Of a stretch of DNA of 64,000 bases, positions 10,421-20,195 are shown in pieces. Each line of letters begins with the position of its first letter. Within the stretch, counting starts at the first letter, position 1. This DNA is from Nitrosopumilus sp. (lineage in GTDB: Archaea > Thermoproteota > Nitrososphaeria > Nitrososphaerales > Nitrosopumilaceae): contig OY759726.1 of NCBI GenBank assembly GCA_963662625.1, positions 64,001 to 128,000 on the forward strand, written 5' to 3'. The notes beneath the pieces were generated by a model. It did no database searches. It saw only the letters and a list, made by a program, of their open reading frames with translations, and was not told the origin of the DNA. The position numbers and the translations under genes were made by a program.

Positions 10421-10723
10421 GTGGCTTGGAGGAAGATCGCCGAGAACGGCTCCGTGGCGGAGGGCAGGGGCAAGGCGTTCGAGGTCGGCGGCAGGAAGAT
10501 AGCCGTCTTCAACCAGGGCGGGTACCACGCCGTCGACGACCTGTGCGTGCACCAGGACGGCTCGATCGCGCCCGGGAAGCTGGACGGGGACATCGTGGAG
10601 TGCCCGCTGCACTTCTGGCACTACAACATCAGGACGGGCCAGCTGACGGACTACCTCAAGGACGTGAAGCTGCGGACGTACCCGGTGGAGTCAAGGGACG
10701 ACGGCATCTACGTCGACGTCTAG
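10421..10723 (+). CDS. Rieske [2Fe-2S] ferredoxin
   Basis: CVH and CPLH Rieske ligand motifs. Confidence 0.9.
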   Translation: MAWRKIAENGSVAEGRGKAFEVGGRKIAVFNQGGYHAVDDLCVHQDGSIAPGKLDGDIVECPLHFWHYNIRTGQLTDYLKDVKLRTYPVESRDDGIYVDV

Positions 10724-10780
10724 CGCGGGGACTGGCCGCCAAGACAATTCTTAATTGTGGCGGCTGGCCCACGTACACTG

Positions 10781-11578
10781 TTGGACCAGAAGGTGCTCGG
10801 GGAGATCAAGTCCGGGGACTATCCCGCGATAGCCCGCTCGATCGGGGGGTTCCTCTCCGGCGAGGCGGAGAGGCGCGGCTCTGCGGGGGTCACGTTCGGG
10901 CTTAGCGGGGGGATCGACTCGGCGGTGCTGGCATTCATCTGCGGGCGCGCCATGAAGGGGAGGACGCTGGCCATGATAATGCCCGACACCGACGTCACGC
11001 CGGGATCGGAGACGGAGGACGCCCTGAGGGTGGCAGAGATGGCGGGGATCGACTACAAGCTCGTCGACATCAGGCCCATAGTGGGGGAGTACTCGCGGTA
11101 CGTGGAGCCCGACGGGAGGGCCAGGGGGAACCTCCGCGCCAGGGTCAGGGCCAACATCCTCTACTACTATGCCAACGCCAAGGGCTACCTCGTGCTGGGC
11201 TCCAGCGACAGGAGCGAGCACCTGCTCGGGTACTTTACGAAGTTCGGCGACGGCGCGGCGGACCTGGCCCCGATAGTCTCGCTCTACAAGCTCCAGGTCA
11301 GGGAGATCGCCGGGTTCCTGGGGGTCCCGCCGGGGATAATAGCGAAGAAGAGCAGCCCGCACCTGTGGGAGGGCCAGACGGCGGAGGGCGAGATCGGGGC
11401 GACGTACGAGGAGATAGACGCCGTGCTGTACTGCCTGTTCGACAGGGGGATGTCCGAGGCGCAGGCCGCCGACGCCACGGGGCTCGGCGAGGCGCTGGTC
11501 GGGAAGGTGCGCAGGGCCTGCGACGCGGGGCGGCACAAGAGGGAGCCCCCCGCGAGGCCTGGGGGCGCGCCGGCGTGA
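10781..11578 (+). CDS. nadE: NH3-dependent NAD+ synthetase
   Basis: GLSGGIDS, GNLRAR, GYFTKFGDG. Start is probably TTG 10781. Confidence 0.95.
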   Translation: MDQKVLGEIKSGDYPAIARSIGGFLSGEAERRGSAGVTFGLSGGIDSAVLAFICGRAMKGRTLAMIMPDTDVTPGSETEDALRVAEMAGIDYKLVDIRPIVGEYSRYVEPDGRARGNLRARVRANILYYYANAKGYLVLGSSDRSEHLLGYFTKFGDGAADLAPIVSLYKLQVREIAGFLGVPPGIIAKKSSPHLWEGQTAEGEIGATYEEIDAVLYCLFDRGMSEAQAADATGLGEALVGKVRRACDAGRHKREPPARPGGAPA

Positions 11579-13005
11579 GGATCCACGACACCCTGAGCGG
11601 CTCGGATGCCGGGGTGGGGACCTCCGGGAGGGTCAGGATCTACCTCTGCGGCGTCACGGTCTACGACGAGTCGCACGTGGGGCACGCGAGGACCATAGTC
11701 GTCTTCGACGTGCTGAGGAGGTACCTAGAGGACAGGGGGGCGGACGTGGAGCTCGTCCAGAACTTTACCGACGTGGACGACAAGATAATAGCGCGCGCGG
11801 AGGCCGAGGGGGTCGAGCCCGGGGAGATAAGCGCCAGGTACATCGAGGGCTACTTCAGGGACTTTGACGGGCTCAACGTGAGGCGCGCCGCGGCGTACCC
11901 GAGGGCGACCGACCACATAGGAGACATCATAAGGTTCATCGAGGGGCTGCTGGAGAGGGGGGCGGCGTACGCCGCCAGGAACGGGGTGTACTTTTCGGTG
12001 TCGGGGTTCCAAGGGTACGGGAAGCTGTCGAAGAAGGACACCGGCGAGCTGCGGTCCGGCGCGAGGGTCAGCATCGACGGCTCCAAGAGGGACCCGCTCG
12101 ACTTTGCGCTCTGGAAGTTCGCCGGGACGGGGCCCGTGTGGGACAGCCCGTGGGGCGCCGGCAGGCCGGGGTGGCACATAGAGTGCTCGGCGATGAGCAC
12201 GAAGTACCTCGGGGAGAACTTCGACGTCCACGGCGGTGGGAGGGACCTGATCTTCCCGCACCACGAGAACGAGATCGCCCAGTCCGAGTCGTTCACCGGC
12301 GCCCCTTGCGCGAGGGCGTGGATGCACGTGGGGATGGTGACGATCAACGGCGAGAAGATGTCAAAGTCCCTCGGCAACGTGAGGTCGGTGAGGCGCGTCA
12401 TGGCGGACTGGGGGCCCAACGTGGTCAGGCTGTTCTGCCTCTCGGGGCACCACTCAAAGCCGATAGACTACTCCGAGGAGATGCTCGGCGAGAGCCTCGC
12501 GAGGTGGAGGCAGGCCGAGGCGTGCTTCCACGAGCTGGACCAGGCGGGCGGGGGGCCCGGCGGGGGCCCGGCCGCGGAGATCGCCGGCAGGTGCGCCGCG
12601 GAGTTCGACTCGGCCCTGGAGAACGGATTCAACACGCACCTTGCGCTGTCGTCGCTGTTCGTGCTTGCCAGGGAGACCAACCGCCTGGCCGCCGAGGGGA
12701 AGCTCGGCGCCGGGGGCGCCGGGGCCGCCGGGAGGGAGTTCGGCAGGATGCTTGGGATCCTCGGGCTGGCCGTCCCGGAGCTTGCCGGCGGGCAGAAAGA
12801 GGAGATCGCCGGGCTCGTGGCCGACAGGGAGAGGCTGAGGCGGGAGGGGAAGTTCGCGGAGGCCGACCGCGTGCGGGCCCGGCTCAACGGCATGAACGTC
12901 GAGCTGATAGACCACGGCGGGAGGACCACCTGGGTGAAGAGGGAGGAGATCGGGGCGGGCGGGCCCGGCGCGCGGGGATGGCCCGGTCCGGCTAGCCGCG
13001 CCTGA
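11575..13005 (+). CDS. cysS: Cysteine--tRNA ligase
   Basis: CGVTVYD, HVGH, GRPGWHIECS, GGGRDLIFPHHENE, KMSKS; GTGA overlap with nadE. Confidence 0.97.
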   Translation: MRIHDTLSGSDAGVGTSGRVRIYLCGVTVYDESHVGHARTIVVFDVLRRYLEDRGADVELVQNFTDVDDKIIARAEAEGVEPGEISARYIEGYFRDFDGLNVRRAAAYPRATDHIGDIIRFIEGLLERGAAYAARNGVYFSVSGFQGYGKLSKKDTGELRSGARVSIDGSKRDPLDFALWKFAGTGPVWDSPWGAGRPGWHIECSAMSTKYLGENFDVHGGGRDLIFPHHENEIAQSESFTGAPCARAWMHVGMVTINGEKMSKSLGNVRSVRRVMADWGPNVVRLFCLSGHHSKPIDYSEEMLGESLARWRQAEACFHELDQAGGGPGGGPAAEIAGRCAAEFDSALENGFNTHLALSSLFVLARETNRLAAEGKLGAGGAGAAGREFGRMLGILGLAVPELAGGQKEEIAGLVADRERLRREGKFAEADRVRARLNGMNVELIDHGGRTTWVKREEIGAGGPGARGWPGPASRA

Positions 13006-13343
13006 CCTTCGGCCGTTTTGGGAGGCCCGGGCGCGCGGAAGGCGTCCCGGGGCTGGCACGGGGGCGGGATCCGGGGAGCGTGACCGCGGTCGCGGCGGCA
13101 CGGCTCACCCGGGCGCCGCACGCGGCGTGGAACGCCGGCATGGCGCCCGGGGCGGGGGCGGCGTCCGGGATCCCCCCTGCGATCGGCGGGTTCCCGCACG
13201 GGGCGGGCCTGATCGAGATCGCGTCCGCAGCGGGCTCCCGGATGGCGGCGTGCGGCCTGGCGAAGAAGGGGCGCGGGGGAAGCGCGGCGCGGGGAGCTTG
13301 CGGTTGCGGCAGCGCGCCGCGGCCGGCGGCCCGGCACGTGGGC

Positions 13344-13586
13344 TCACGCCGCGGGCGGGATCGGCAGGCATGACGCGAGGGCAGAGATGCCGGCCATGAC
13401 GTGCGCGAACGCCGCCACGGCGGCCCCCGACAGCGGCTCGTGGATGAAGGGCGGGGTGGAGGCGGCAAACTCCGCCATCCCCAGGATGAGGAGCACCGTG
13501 GACAGCCCCGGGAACGCCGCCATGAAGAGGAGCGGCGCCGCCAGGCAGCACGCCGGGATCCACACCTTCCTCGGGACGCGGGCCAT
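13344..13586 (-). CDS. Small hypothetical membrane protein
   Basis: Hydrophobic 80-aa ORF with a TTTAAA box about 25 bp upstream. Confidence 0.4.
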   Translation of the reverse strand: MARVPRKVWIPACCLAAPLLFMAAFPGLSTVLLILGMAEFAASTPPFIHEPLSGAAVAAFAHVMAGISALASCLPIPPAA

Positions 13587-13656
13587 GCGGTACCTGGGCG
13601 TCGCTGCTTTTTAAACCCGGGCGGGCCCGTGTCCGGCCGCGCCGCCGGCGGGCCCA

Positions 13657-13696
13657 TTAGCACTAGTCATGCAAGTTAGCATTAGTTAAATAGCAT
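13657..13696 (+). promoter_or_regulatory. Promoter with TTAGCAYTAGT direct repeats
   Basis: ttagcactagt 13657-13667, ttagcattagt 13676-13686 and tagcat 13691-13696 around the TTAAATA box. Confidence 0.5.
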
Positions 13697-13713
13697 CGCG
13701 GCGCACGTACGCC

Positions 13714-14583
13714 GTGGTGTACCTCAGGGCCAAGAAGGTAAAGTCCGACAGCTACCTGTACCTCGTCAAAAGCGTCTGGGACAGGGACAGGGGCACTTCG
13801 AGGCAGGAGATCATAAAGTACCTCGGCAAGGCCTCCGAGGTGACCATGGGGGACATCCCCCGGGACTACCGGGACGATCCAAAGATCGCCTCGGCGCTGG
13901 CATCGCACAGCCCGGGCAACGCCAGGGCGAAGGACGGCATGGCAAGGAGGTCCAGGGACGCGCTGTACCGGAGGCTTCTGGAGGGGGACATCGCGGGATC
14001 CGGGAGGGTCTGCGCGGACTATTCCAAGGCGTTCGGCGCGGGCGATTTCCTTGACAGGGTGCTGAGGCCGGTCATGTACAGGATCGGGGACGACTGGGAG
14101 GCAGGGAGGATCGACATCGCCTCGGAACACGTCGCGAGCAACATGGCGGTGGCGCTCGTCAAGGGCATCGGCGCGCCGGCGCGGCAGGGCGGGTCCAGGG
14201 GCAAGGTGATGATCTGCGTCCCCTACGGCGAGGAGCACCACCTGGGGTGCGACATGCTGGAGGTGGCCCTGGCCAAGAGGGGGCTCACCGTGTTCAACAT
14301 GTCCACGCCCATGCCGACAGAGTCCATCCTGGGCTTCATCGGGGACAACGCGCCGGACTGCGTGCTGGTCTCGATAACGCTCGTGGACAACCTGGCCGCC
14401 GGCAGGAGGCTGGTGGCCAGCATACGCGGGCTGCACGACGTCCCGGTGTTCGTGGGCGGGCAGGCGTTCCAGTATGGCGACGCCAGTGGGTTCCAGGCAG
14501 AGATCATTCCAGACGCGGACGCGGAGCGCGTGGCAAGGGAGATCGGCCAGAGGGCCGCAGCTGCCAGGGCCGCGCAGGCCTAG
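13714..14583 (+). CDS. Cobalamin-binding protein (B12-binding_2 + B12-binding) with a basic N-terminal domain
   Basis: W-x9-EH (WEAGRIDIASEH), EEHHLG (ExHxxG), VFVGGQAF. Confidence 0.85.
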   Translation: MVYLRAKKVKSDSYLYLVKSVWDRDRGTSRQEIIKYLGKASEVTMGDIPRDYRDDPKIASALASHSPGNARAKDGMARRSRDALYRRLLEGDIAGSGRVCADYSKAFGAGDFLDRVLRPVMYRIGDDWEAGRIDIASEHVASNMAVALVKGIGAPARQGGSRGKVMICVPYGEEHHLGCDMLEVALAKRGLTVFNMSTPMPTESILGFIGDNAPDCVLVSITLVDNLAAGRRLVASIRGLHDVPVFVGGQAFQYGDASGFQAEIIPDADAERVAREIGQRAAAARAAQA

Positions 14584-14596
14584 CCGCCCGGCGCCG

Positions 14597-14776
14597 TCAC
14601 TCCTCTACCTTCAGCGCGCCCGACGGGCACCCGGCGACGGTCTCCCGGATCCTGTCCTCGGGGGCGCCGTCCTGTGTTATGACGAACTTGCCGTCCTCGA
14701 CCTTGAACACGGACGGCAGGCCCTGGACGCACTTGCCGGAGTGCGTGCAGGTGCCCTCGTCCCAGCTTACCTTCAT
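14597..14776 (-). CDS. Small divergent ferredoxin (Fer4_19/YjdI-like)
   Basis: MKVSWDEGTCTHSGKCVQGLPSVF...CPSGAL. Confidence 0.85.
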   Translation of the reverse strand: MKVSWDEGTCTHSGKCVQGLPSVFKVEDGKFVITQDGAPEDRIRETVAGCPSGALKVEE

Positions 14777-14841
14777 GGAATACGTGCCCGGGCAGCCTAC
14801 AAAAACCTGCCGGTGCGCCAGCTGGGGAGGCGCGCGGGAGG

Positions 14842-16053
14842 TCACTTCCTCGAGGCGCTGACCAGCAGCACCACGTCCCTGTCCCTCAGGCGGTAGTCCA
14901 CCGGCAGCCTCGCGTTGTACCTCAGGTCCTTGCCGTAGAGGAGGCCCTTCGGGAGGTCCGTGTGGATCTCCCTGGCGAGGTCGCTTATGGTGGATCCGTC
15001 CTTCAGCAGGATCAGGTCGGGCAGCACCCTGCCGCTCCCGTCGGCGAGGCTCTTCTCGTCGGCCACGGGGTAGACGGAGTTCATCTTCAGCAGCTTGAAG
15101 ACCGCCGCGTTGATCGCGAACTGGACGCCGGTATGCATGTACTCGCCCATGATCTCCCGCGTGATAAAGTCCAGCGCGTCCACCTGCCTGGGGTTGAGGC
15201 CGTCGGGCCTTACCACCTTGAACTGCTCGAACCCCGGAGAGTACTCTATCAGGCCCCTGCCCTCCGCGCGCCTCAGGCTCAGCTCGCTGTCGGCGCTGGC
15301 GGGGACCACGATCGAGTCGGCGTACCGCTCGCGCAGCCGCGCGAAGTTCTTGTCGGCCCCCTCGATGTCCACCTTGTTTGCCACGATCAGCGTGGGCTTG
15401 GAATGCTTCCTGAGGCTCGAGGTGAACCTCCGGCTGTCGCGCATGTCGAACTCGTCGAACCGCTTTTCCCCGAGCCCCGTGGACGCCATGGCCGCCTCGA
15501 CGTGCGCCCTGCCGACGCCTATCCCGCGGTACAGCGAGGTTATCGCGTCCGCCGCGTCGGTGCCCGACTGCACCAGCTTCGAGACCTTCTCGCGGTTGCC
15601 CTCGAATATCTTCTGGTACCACATCTCCAGCTCCTCCTCGATGTCCGCAAGGTCGGATATCGGGTCGCCGGCGCCCGCCTCGGTGATCCGGCCGGAGGCG
15701 TCGACCCCGCCTGACGCGTCGACCACGTGCAGCATGGCGTCTGACTGCGCCGCGATGGACATGAACTGGTTTCCCAGCCCCTTCCCCTTCCACGCGCCCT
15801 TGATGAGGCCCGGCAGGTCCATTATCTCCACCGGGACGTGCCGCCAGCCGCCGACGCACCGCGAGTTGTTCGGGTTGTCCTGCACGTCGAACTCGGGGTG
15901 GACGCAGAGCGTGATGGCGTGGGCCACTCCGGAGATCGGCCTCTTCGTGGTGAACGGGTACGACGAGATCTCCTCGGAGGACATGGTCGCCGCGTTGAAG
16001 AAGGTGGTCTTGCCGGTGTTCGTCTTGCCAATCAGGCCAAGCTTTATGGGCAC
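14842..16053 (-). CDS. ychF: Obg-family ATPase/GTPase YchF
   Basis: GKTNTGKT, YPFTT, DLPG, NKVD, C-terminal TGS domain. Confidence 0.9.
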   Translation of the reverse strand: MPIKLGLIGKTNTGKTTFFNAATMSSEEISSYPFTTKRPISGVAHAITLCVHPEFDVQDNPNNSRCVGGWRHVPVEIMDLPGLIKGAWKGKGLGNQFMSIAAQSDAMLHVVDASGGVDASGRITEAGAGDPISDLADIEEELEMWYQKIFEGNREKVSKLVQSGTDAADAITSLYRGIGVGRAHVEAAMASTGLGEKRFDEFDMRDSRRFTSSLRKHSKPTLIVANKVDIEGADKNFARLRERYADSIVVPASADSELSLRRAEGRGLIEYSPGFEQFKVVRPDGLNPRQVDALDFITREIMGEYMHTGVQFAINAAVFKLLKMNSVYPVADEKSLADGSGRVLPDLILLKDGSTISDLAREIHTDLPKGLLYGKDLRYNARLPVDYRLRDRDVVLLVSASRK

Positions 16054-16081
16054 ACTACACGTCCCATCCGAGAATATTTAT

Positions 16082-16456
16082 CTATGCCCTATCCCGGCGC
16101 GGGCCCGGGCCTTCCGGCAGCCGCTCGGCCGACCTGGCAAGCTCCCTTATGCGCCACCTGATCTCCTCGGCTTCGCGCGGCGACAGGTCGCCGTCCCACC
16201 TTTCCAGCACGTCCGCCGCGATCTCCGCGGAGTTGGCAAGCATGCCCCACAGCGGGTGGTGCTCGGCGGTGGCATGGGCAAGCTCCACCGCGTCGGCCAG
16301 GCCGCTTCTCGCCCTGGACAGGGGGGTCGCCCCGTCCCCGAACACCCGGACCGCGCAGCCCCGCGGATCGGACTCCACCTTCAGCGCGAGGCCCCTGCCG
16401 GCGTGCTCCCGCGCCAGCCCCTCCAGGTCGCGCAGAAAGTCCCCGAACTCGGCCAC
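16082..16456 (-). CDS. Hypothetical protein
   Basis: Co-oriented with and abutting the upstream gene; host-like codon usage. Confidence 0.7.
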   Translation of the reverse strand: MAEFGDFLRDLEGLAREHAGRGLALKVESDPRGCAVRVFGDGATPLSRARSGLADAVELAHATAEHHPLWGMLANSAEIAADVLERWDGDLSPREAEEIRWRIRELARSAERLPEGPGPRRDRA

Positions 16457-16457
16457 C

Positions 16458-16868
16458 TCAGGACAGCCTCCTGTGCTCGGCGAGCATGCACCGGTTGAAC
16501 ACCACCCGGATGCCCTCGGCCCTTGCCAGCCGCTCGGCCTCCGGGTCGTGGATCCCCTCCTGCAGCCAGATCACCCGGGGCCTCTTGCTGATCGCGTCCT
16601 TGACCACCGGCAGCACCTGGCCGGAGGGGCGGAAGACGTCCACGATGTCCACGTCCCCCTCGATCTCGGACACGGCCCGGTAGGATCTCAGCCCCATGAC
16701 GTCCGCCGCGTTGGGGTTGACGGGTGTCACCTCGAACCCGTGGTCGCGCAGGTACCGGGGCACGAAGTGGGCCGCCTTTGACGGGTCCCTGGACATCCCC
16801 ACCACCGCCACCGACCTCATGGAAAGGATCTCCCTGATCTCGTCGTCCGTGTGCGGATCGCGCTCCAT
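16458..16868 (-). CDS. CoA-binding protein (YccU-like)
   Basis: VAVVGMS, PVNP, DIVDVFR, WLQEGI, NRC. Confidence 0.92.
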   Translation of the reverse strand: MERDPHTDDEIREILSMRSVAVVGMSRDPSKAAHFVPRYLRDHGFEVTPVNPNAADVMGLRSYRAVSEIEGDVDIVDVFRPSGQVLPVVKDAISKRPRVIWLQEGIHDPEAERLARAEGIRVVFNRCMLAEHRRLS

Positions 16869-17051
16869 GGTGGTACCAGGCGCCGGAGGAATATAATTTT
16901 TGAAGGCGCGGGCCCTGATCCGCGGATGCGGCAGGCGTGGGGCCGGCGCGGCGCCATCCTCCCAGGCGCGGATCCGGCGCGGGCCCGGGCCCCGTGCCTC
17001 CGGAGACCGTAAAAAATTAAAAACGGGTGGTTTTACAGGTATTACAGCAAG

Positions 17052-17594
17052 ATGACCGACGCGGAAGAGCCCAAGGACCTCATGGTGCTGGGGGCCATAA
17101 GGAGGGGGATCAAGAAGTTCGACAAGATCGCGGGGGAGACCCACGTGGACCCGAAGGAGCTCAACTCGATCCTCGAGAAGCTCGAGGAGAGGGGGCTCAT
17201 ACGGGTCAGCCAGAAGAAGGGCTGGCTGGGCACGAAGATAGAGCTCGCCGTCACCGAGAGGGGCTCGAGGGAGCTGGACGAGCGGATCCACGAGATGCAG
17301 GAAAAATGGGGCACCATGACCGCCATGTACAAGAAGGGCGACAAGAAGGGGCTCAAGCAGTACATGGACGACAACAAGTCGTTCCTCCCCATGATGATGT
17401 TCTTCGGGATAATGGACATCATGATGTTCTCGATGATGTTCAGCATGATGGGGATGATGATGAGCGACTACGTTCCCGCGGAGAGCATGCCGGAGGGCGC
17501 AGGGGCCGACGGGGGAGACGGTGGCGGGGACGGCGGCGGGGCCGACGGGGACTTTGGCGGCGGCTTTGACGGCGGCTTCGACGTCGGGTTCTGA
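17052..17594 (+). CDS. Winged-helix protein with Met-rich and Gly/Asp-rich C-terminus
   Basis: N-terminal wHTH (LEKLEERGLI...VTERG); MMMFFGIMDIMMFSMMFSMMGMMM. Confidence 0.8.
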   Translation: MTDAEEPKDLMVLGAIRRGIKKFDKIAGETHVDPKELNSILEKLEERGLIRVSQKKGWLGTKIELAVTERGSRELDERIHEMQEKWGTMTAMYKKGDKKGLKQYMDDNKSFLPMMMFFGIMDIMMFSMMFSMMGMMMSDYVPAESMPEGAGADGGDGGGDGGGADGDFGGGFDGGFDVGF

Positions 17595-17630
17595 CCGCGC
17601 GCCCGGCGCCGGGGCAAGAGACGGTCCGCG

Positions 17631-18623
17631 TTGAGGTACAGTTCGGACGACCGGTCCGGGCTGGTCCGGGTGCTGTCGTTCCTAAAGTCGCACGACACCG
17701 AGTACCTCTCCGGGCAGGATCTCAGCGACGTCCTGAAGATCAGCAGGGTCGCGGTATGGAAGCACATCAGGAGGATCAGGGACCTGGGGTACGGCATAGA
17801 GTCGAGGCAGAAGCTCGGCTACAGGCTGGAGTCGGGAACCGACGAGCTGCTCCCGTGGGAGGTGACGTCGGGCCTGGGCACGGAGTCCGTGGGGAGGAAG
17901 GCGTACTACTTCAGGTCCACGGACTCCACCCAGTCCCAGGCCGCGAGGATCGCGTCCGAGGGAGCCGCCGACGGCACCGTGGTGGTCGCCGGAAGGCAGA
18001 CCGGGGGGAGGGGGAGGAACGGCAGGAGGTGGGTCTCGGCGAGCGGCGGGATATGGCTCTCGGTCATACTGCGGCCGAGCTTCGACGCCTCCGTGATCAC
18101 TCTGTTCCCGATGGCCGCCTCGCTCGCGCTGGCCCGCGCGATAAGGGGGTCGACGGGCGTCCGGACTGAGCTGAGGTGGCCAAACGACCTGACCGTGGAC
18201 GGGAAGAAGGTGGCAGGGATGCTGGTCGACGCCTCGCTGGAGTCGAACAGGGTGGAGAGCGTGATCCTTGGCGCGGGAATCAACTTCCGCGTGGACGCGG
18301 GGGAGGTCGAGAGGGAGCTCGCCGGCACGCCGAACTTTTACGGGGCGGCGTCGCTCGGGTCAAAGGAGAGGCCCCTGGCCATGGTGCAGTCCTTCCTTGA
18401 GGAGCTGGAGCGCGTCTACTTCCAGATGAACGCCGGCAGGACCGGGGGGATCGTGAGGGACTGGACTGGGATGTCGTCGACGATCGGGAGGGACGTGGAG
18501 ATCGGCACAGCCGGCGGCGTGGTCAGGGGCAGGGCTTCGAGGATCGACGGCGACGGCGCGCTGGTTGTGGTGGGGGACGGGGGGTCGGAGCGGGTCATGG
18601 CGGGCGACGTCACGCACGCGTGA
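17631..18623 (+). CDS. birA: Bifunctional biotin-[acetyl-CoA-carboxylase] ligase/repressor
   Basis: HTH SRVAVWKHI, DSTQ, QTGGRGRNGRRW, WPND, KKVAG. Confidence 0.95.
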   Translation: MRYSSDDRSGLVRVLSFLKSHDTEYLSGQDLSDVLKISRVAVWKHIRRIRDLGYGIESRQKLGYRLESGTDELLPWEVTSGLGTESVGRKAYYFRSTDSTQSQAARIASEGAADGTVVVAGRQTGGRGRNGRRWVSASGGIWLSVILRPSFDASVITLFPMAASLALARAIRGSTGVRTELRWPNDLTVDGKKVAGMLVDASLESNRVESVILGAGINFRVDAGEVERELAGTPNFYGAASLGSKERPLAMVQSFLEELERVYFQMNAGRTGGIVRDWTGMSSTIGRDVEIGTAGGVVRGRASRIDGDGALVVVGDGGSERVMAGDVTHA

Positions 18624-18626
18624 GGC

Positions 18627-18959
18627 CTACCGCTTCGAGTCCTTCCTGGCTCGCCTCTTGGATCCCGGCTTGGACAGCAGGGACGACTGCGCCCTGAGCA
18701 CATCCCTGAGGCCGTCCTGGATCTCAAACAGCGCCGAGAGCATCCCCTCCAGCGCGCGGGAGTACTCCGAGTAGGCGTCTGCCAGATCGGCCTGCTTGCT
18801 GGTCTTCTTTCCCAGGTACTCGTTGGAGCGCAGGAGGTTGGCAGAGTCGATCAGCTCCGGGACGGCCTCGAACTCCCCGAGGGAGTCCAGATCCGACCTG
18901 ATCGCCCGGATCCTCTTCCTGAGGCCGTAGATGTCCGTCCCCGCGCCGTCCTGCACCAT
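18627..18959 (-). CDS. Hypothetical coiled-coil protein
   Basis: ATG 18959 with an upstream TTTAAT box; host-like codon usage. Confidence 0.7.
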   Translation of the reverse strand: MVQDGAGTDIYGLRKRIRAIRSDLDSLGEFEAVPELIDSANLLRSNEYLGKKTSKQADLADAYSEYSRALEGMLSALFEIQDGLRDVLRAQSSLLSKPGSKRRARKDSKR

Positions 18960-19035
18960 CCTAGATACACCTAACGGCGGGCAGATTAAAAATTTGCTCA
19001 AGGCCGCGCTGGCGGGGTGAGGCCCGGATCCGGCT

Positions 19036-19140
19036 CCCGGGCGGGGGTTCCCGGGCGGGGGTTCCCGGGCGGGGGTTCCCGGGCGGGGGTTCCCGGGCGG
19101 GGGTTCCCGGGCGGGGGTTCCCGGGCGGGGGTTCCCGGGC
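19036..19140. repeat. 14-bp G-rich tandem repeat (cccgggcgggggtt) x7.5
   Basis: Read directly from the sequence. Confidence 0.95.
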
Positions 19141-19273
19141 GACGGTTCCCGCACGCAGGCGCGCCGCCGCGCGGACGCGGGGCGATCGGGCGCCCGTTAG
19201 CTGTGCCTACACACAATTAACCATCAGAAATTAGGTAAAACTGATAAAAAGCTAGGCGGCGTACACTCCAACG

Positions 19274-20185
19274 ATGCTAAGGAACGCGGCGGGCACGGGA
19301 TCAAGGTGTCCCTCGTGCGGCGGCAGGGGGATGGTCACCGACGAGGACACGGGGGAGCTCTTCTGCGGCAAGTGCGGCTTTGTGCTGACCGAGAAGATCG
19401 CGGACACGGGCGCAGAGTGGAGGTCGTTTGCAAGCGACGACGCCAACAGGGCGAGGACCGGGGCCGGCACGTCGCTTGCGATGCACGACATGGGGCTGTC
19501 CACGGTGATCGGCGCCTCGAACAAGGACTCCACCGGCAAGCCGCTTTCGGCCAGCATGAAGAACTCCATCGAGAGGCTGCGGACGTGGGACAGCAGGACG
19601 CAGGCCCACTCGTCGGCGGACAGGAACCTCAGGCAGGCGCTAAACGAGATGGGCAAGCTGAAAGACAAGCTGGCCCTGACCGACGCGGTGCTGGACAAGG
19701 CGGCGTACACGTACAGGAAGGCGATGGAAAAGAAGCTCGTCAGGGGCCGCTCGATCCACGGGATGGTGGCGGCGTGCATCTACGCCGCGTGCAGGGACAC
19801 CGAGACCCCCAGGACGCTCGACGACATCGCCGGCGGGATCAACATCAGGAGGAAGGACGTCGCGAGGTGCTACAGGCTGATCTTCAGGGAGCTCGAGCTG
19901 AAGATGCCGGTGGTGGACCCGGTGAAGGGGGTCGCGAGGATCGCCAGCATCGCCGACCTCAGCGAGAAGAACAAGAGGAAGGCCATAGCAATCCTGGACC
20001 AGGCAAAGAAGATCGGCATGGTGGCGGGGAAGGATCCCATGGGGATCGCCGCCGCCGCGCTGTACCTGGCGTGCATAAGCACCGGAGAGACAAAGTCGCA
20101 AAAGGACATATCCGTCGCCTCCGGGGTGACCGAGGTCACGATCAGGAACAGGTGCGCGGGGCTGCGAAGGATGCTCCAAAAGTAG
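19274..20185 (+). CDS. tfb: Transcription initiation factor IIB
   Basis: Zn ribbon CPSC/CGKC, GAEWRSF, HDMGLST, two cyclin repeats, GVTEVTIRNR. Confidence 0.96.
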   Translation: MLRNAAGTGSRCPSCGGRGMVTDEDTGELFCGKCGFVLTEKIADTGAEWRSFASDDANRARTGAGTSLAMHDMGLSTVIGASNKDSTGKPLSASMKNSIERLRTWDSRTQAHSSADRNLRQALNEMGKLKDKLALTDAVLDKAAYTYRKAMEKKLVRGRSIHGMVAACIYAACRDTETPRTLDDIAGGINIRRKDVARCYRLIFRELELKMPVVDPVKGVARIASIADLSEKNKRKAIAILDQAKKIGMVAGKDPMGIAAAALYLACISTGETKSQKDISVASGVTEVTIRNRCAGLRRMLQK

Positions 20186-20195
20186 GCGCGCACGC

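Noticed and set aside
13714-13840. IS1634-like transposase
   Set aside because: Only the short N-terminal motif resembles it; there is no DDE domain or terminal repeats, and the rest is a B12-binding domain.
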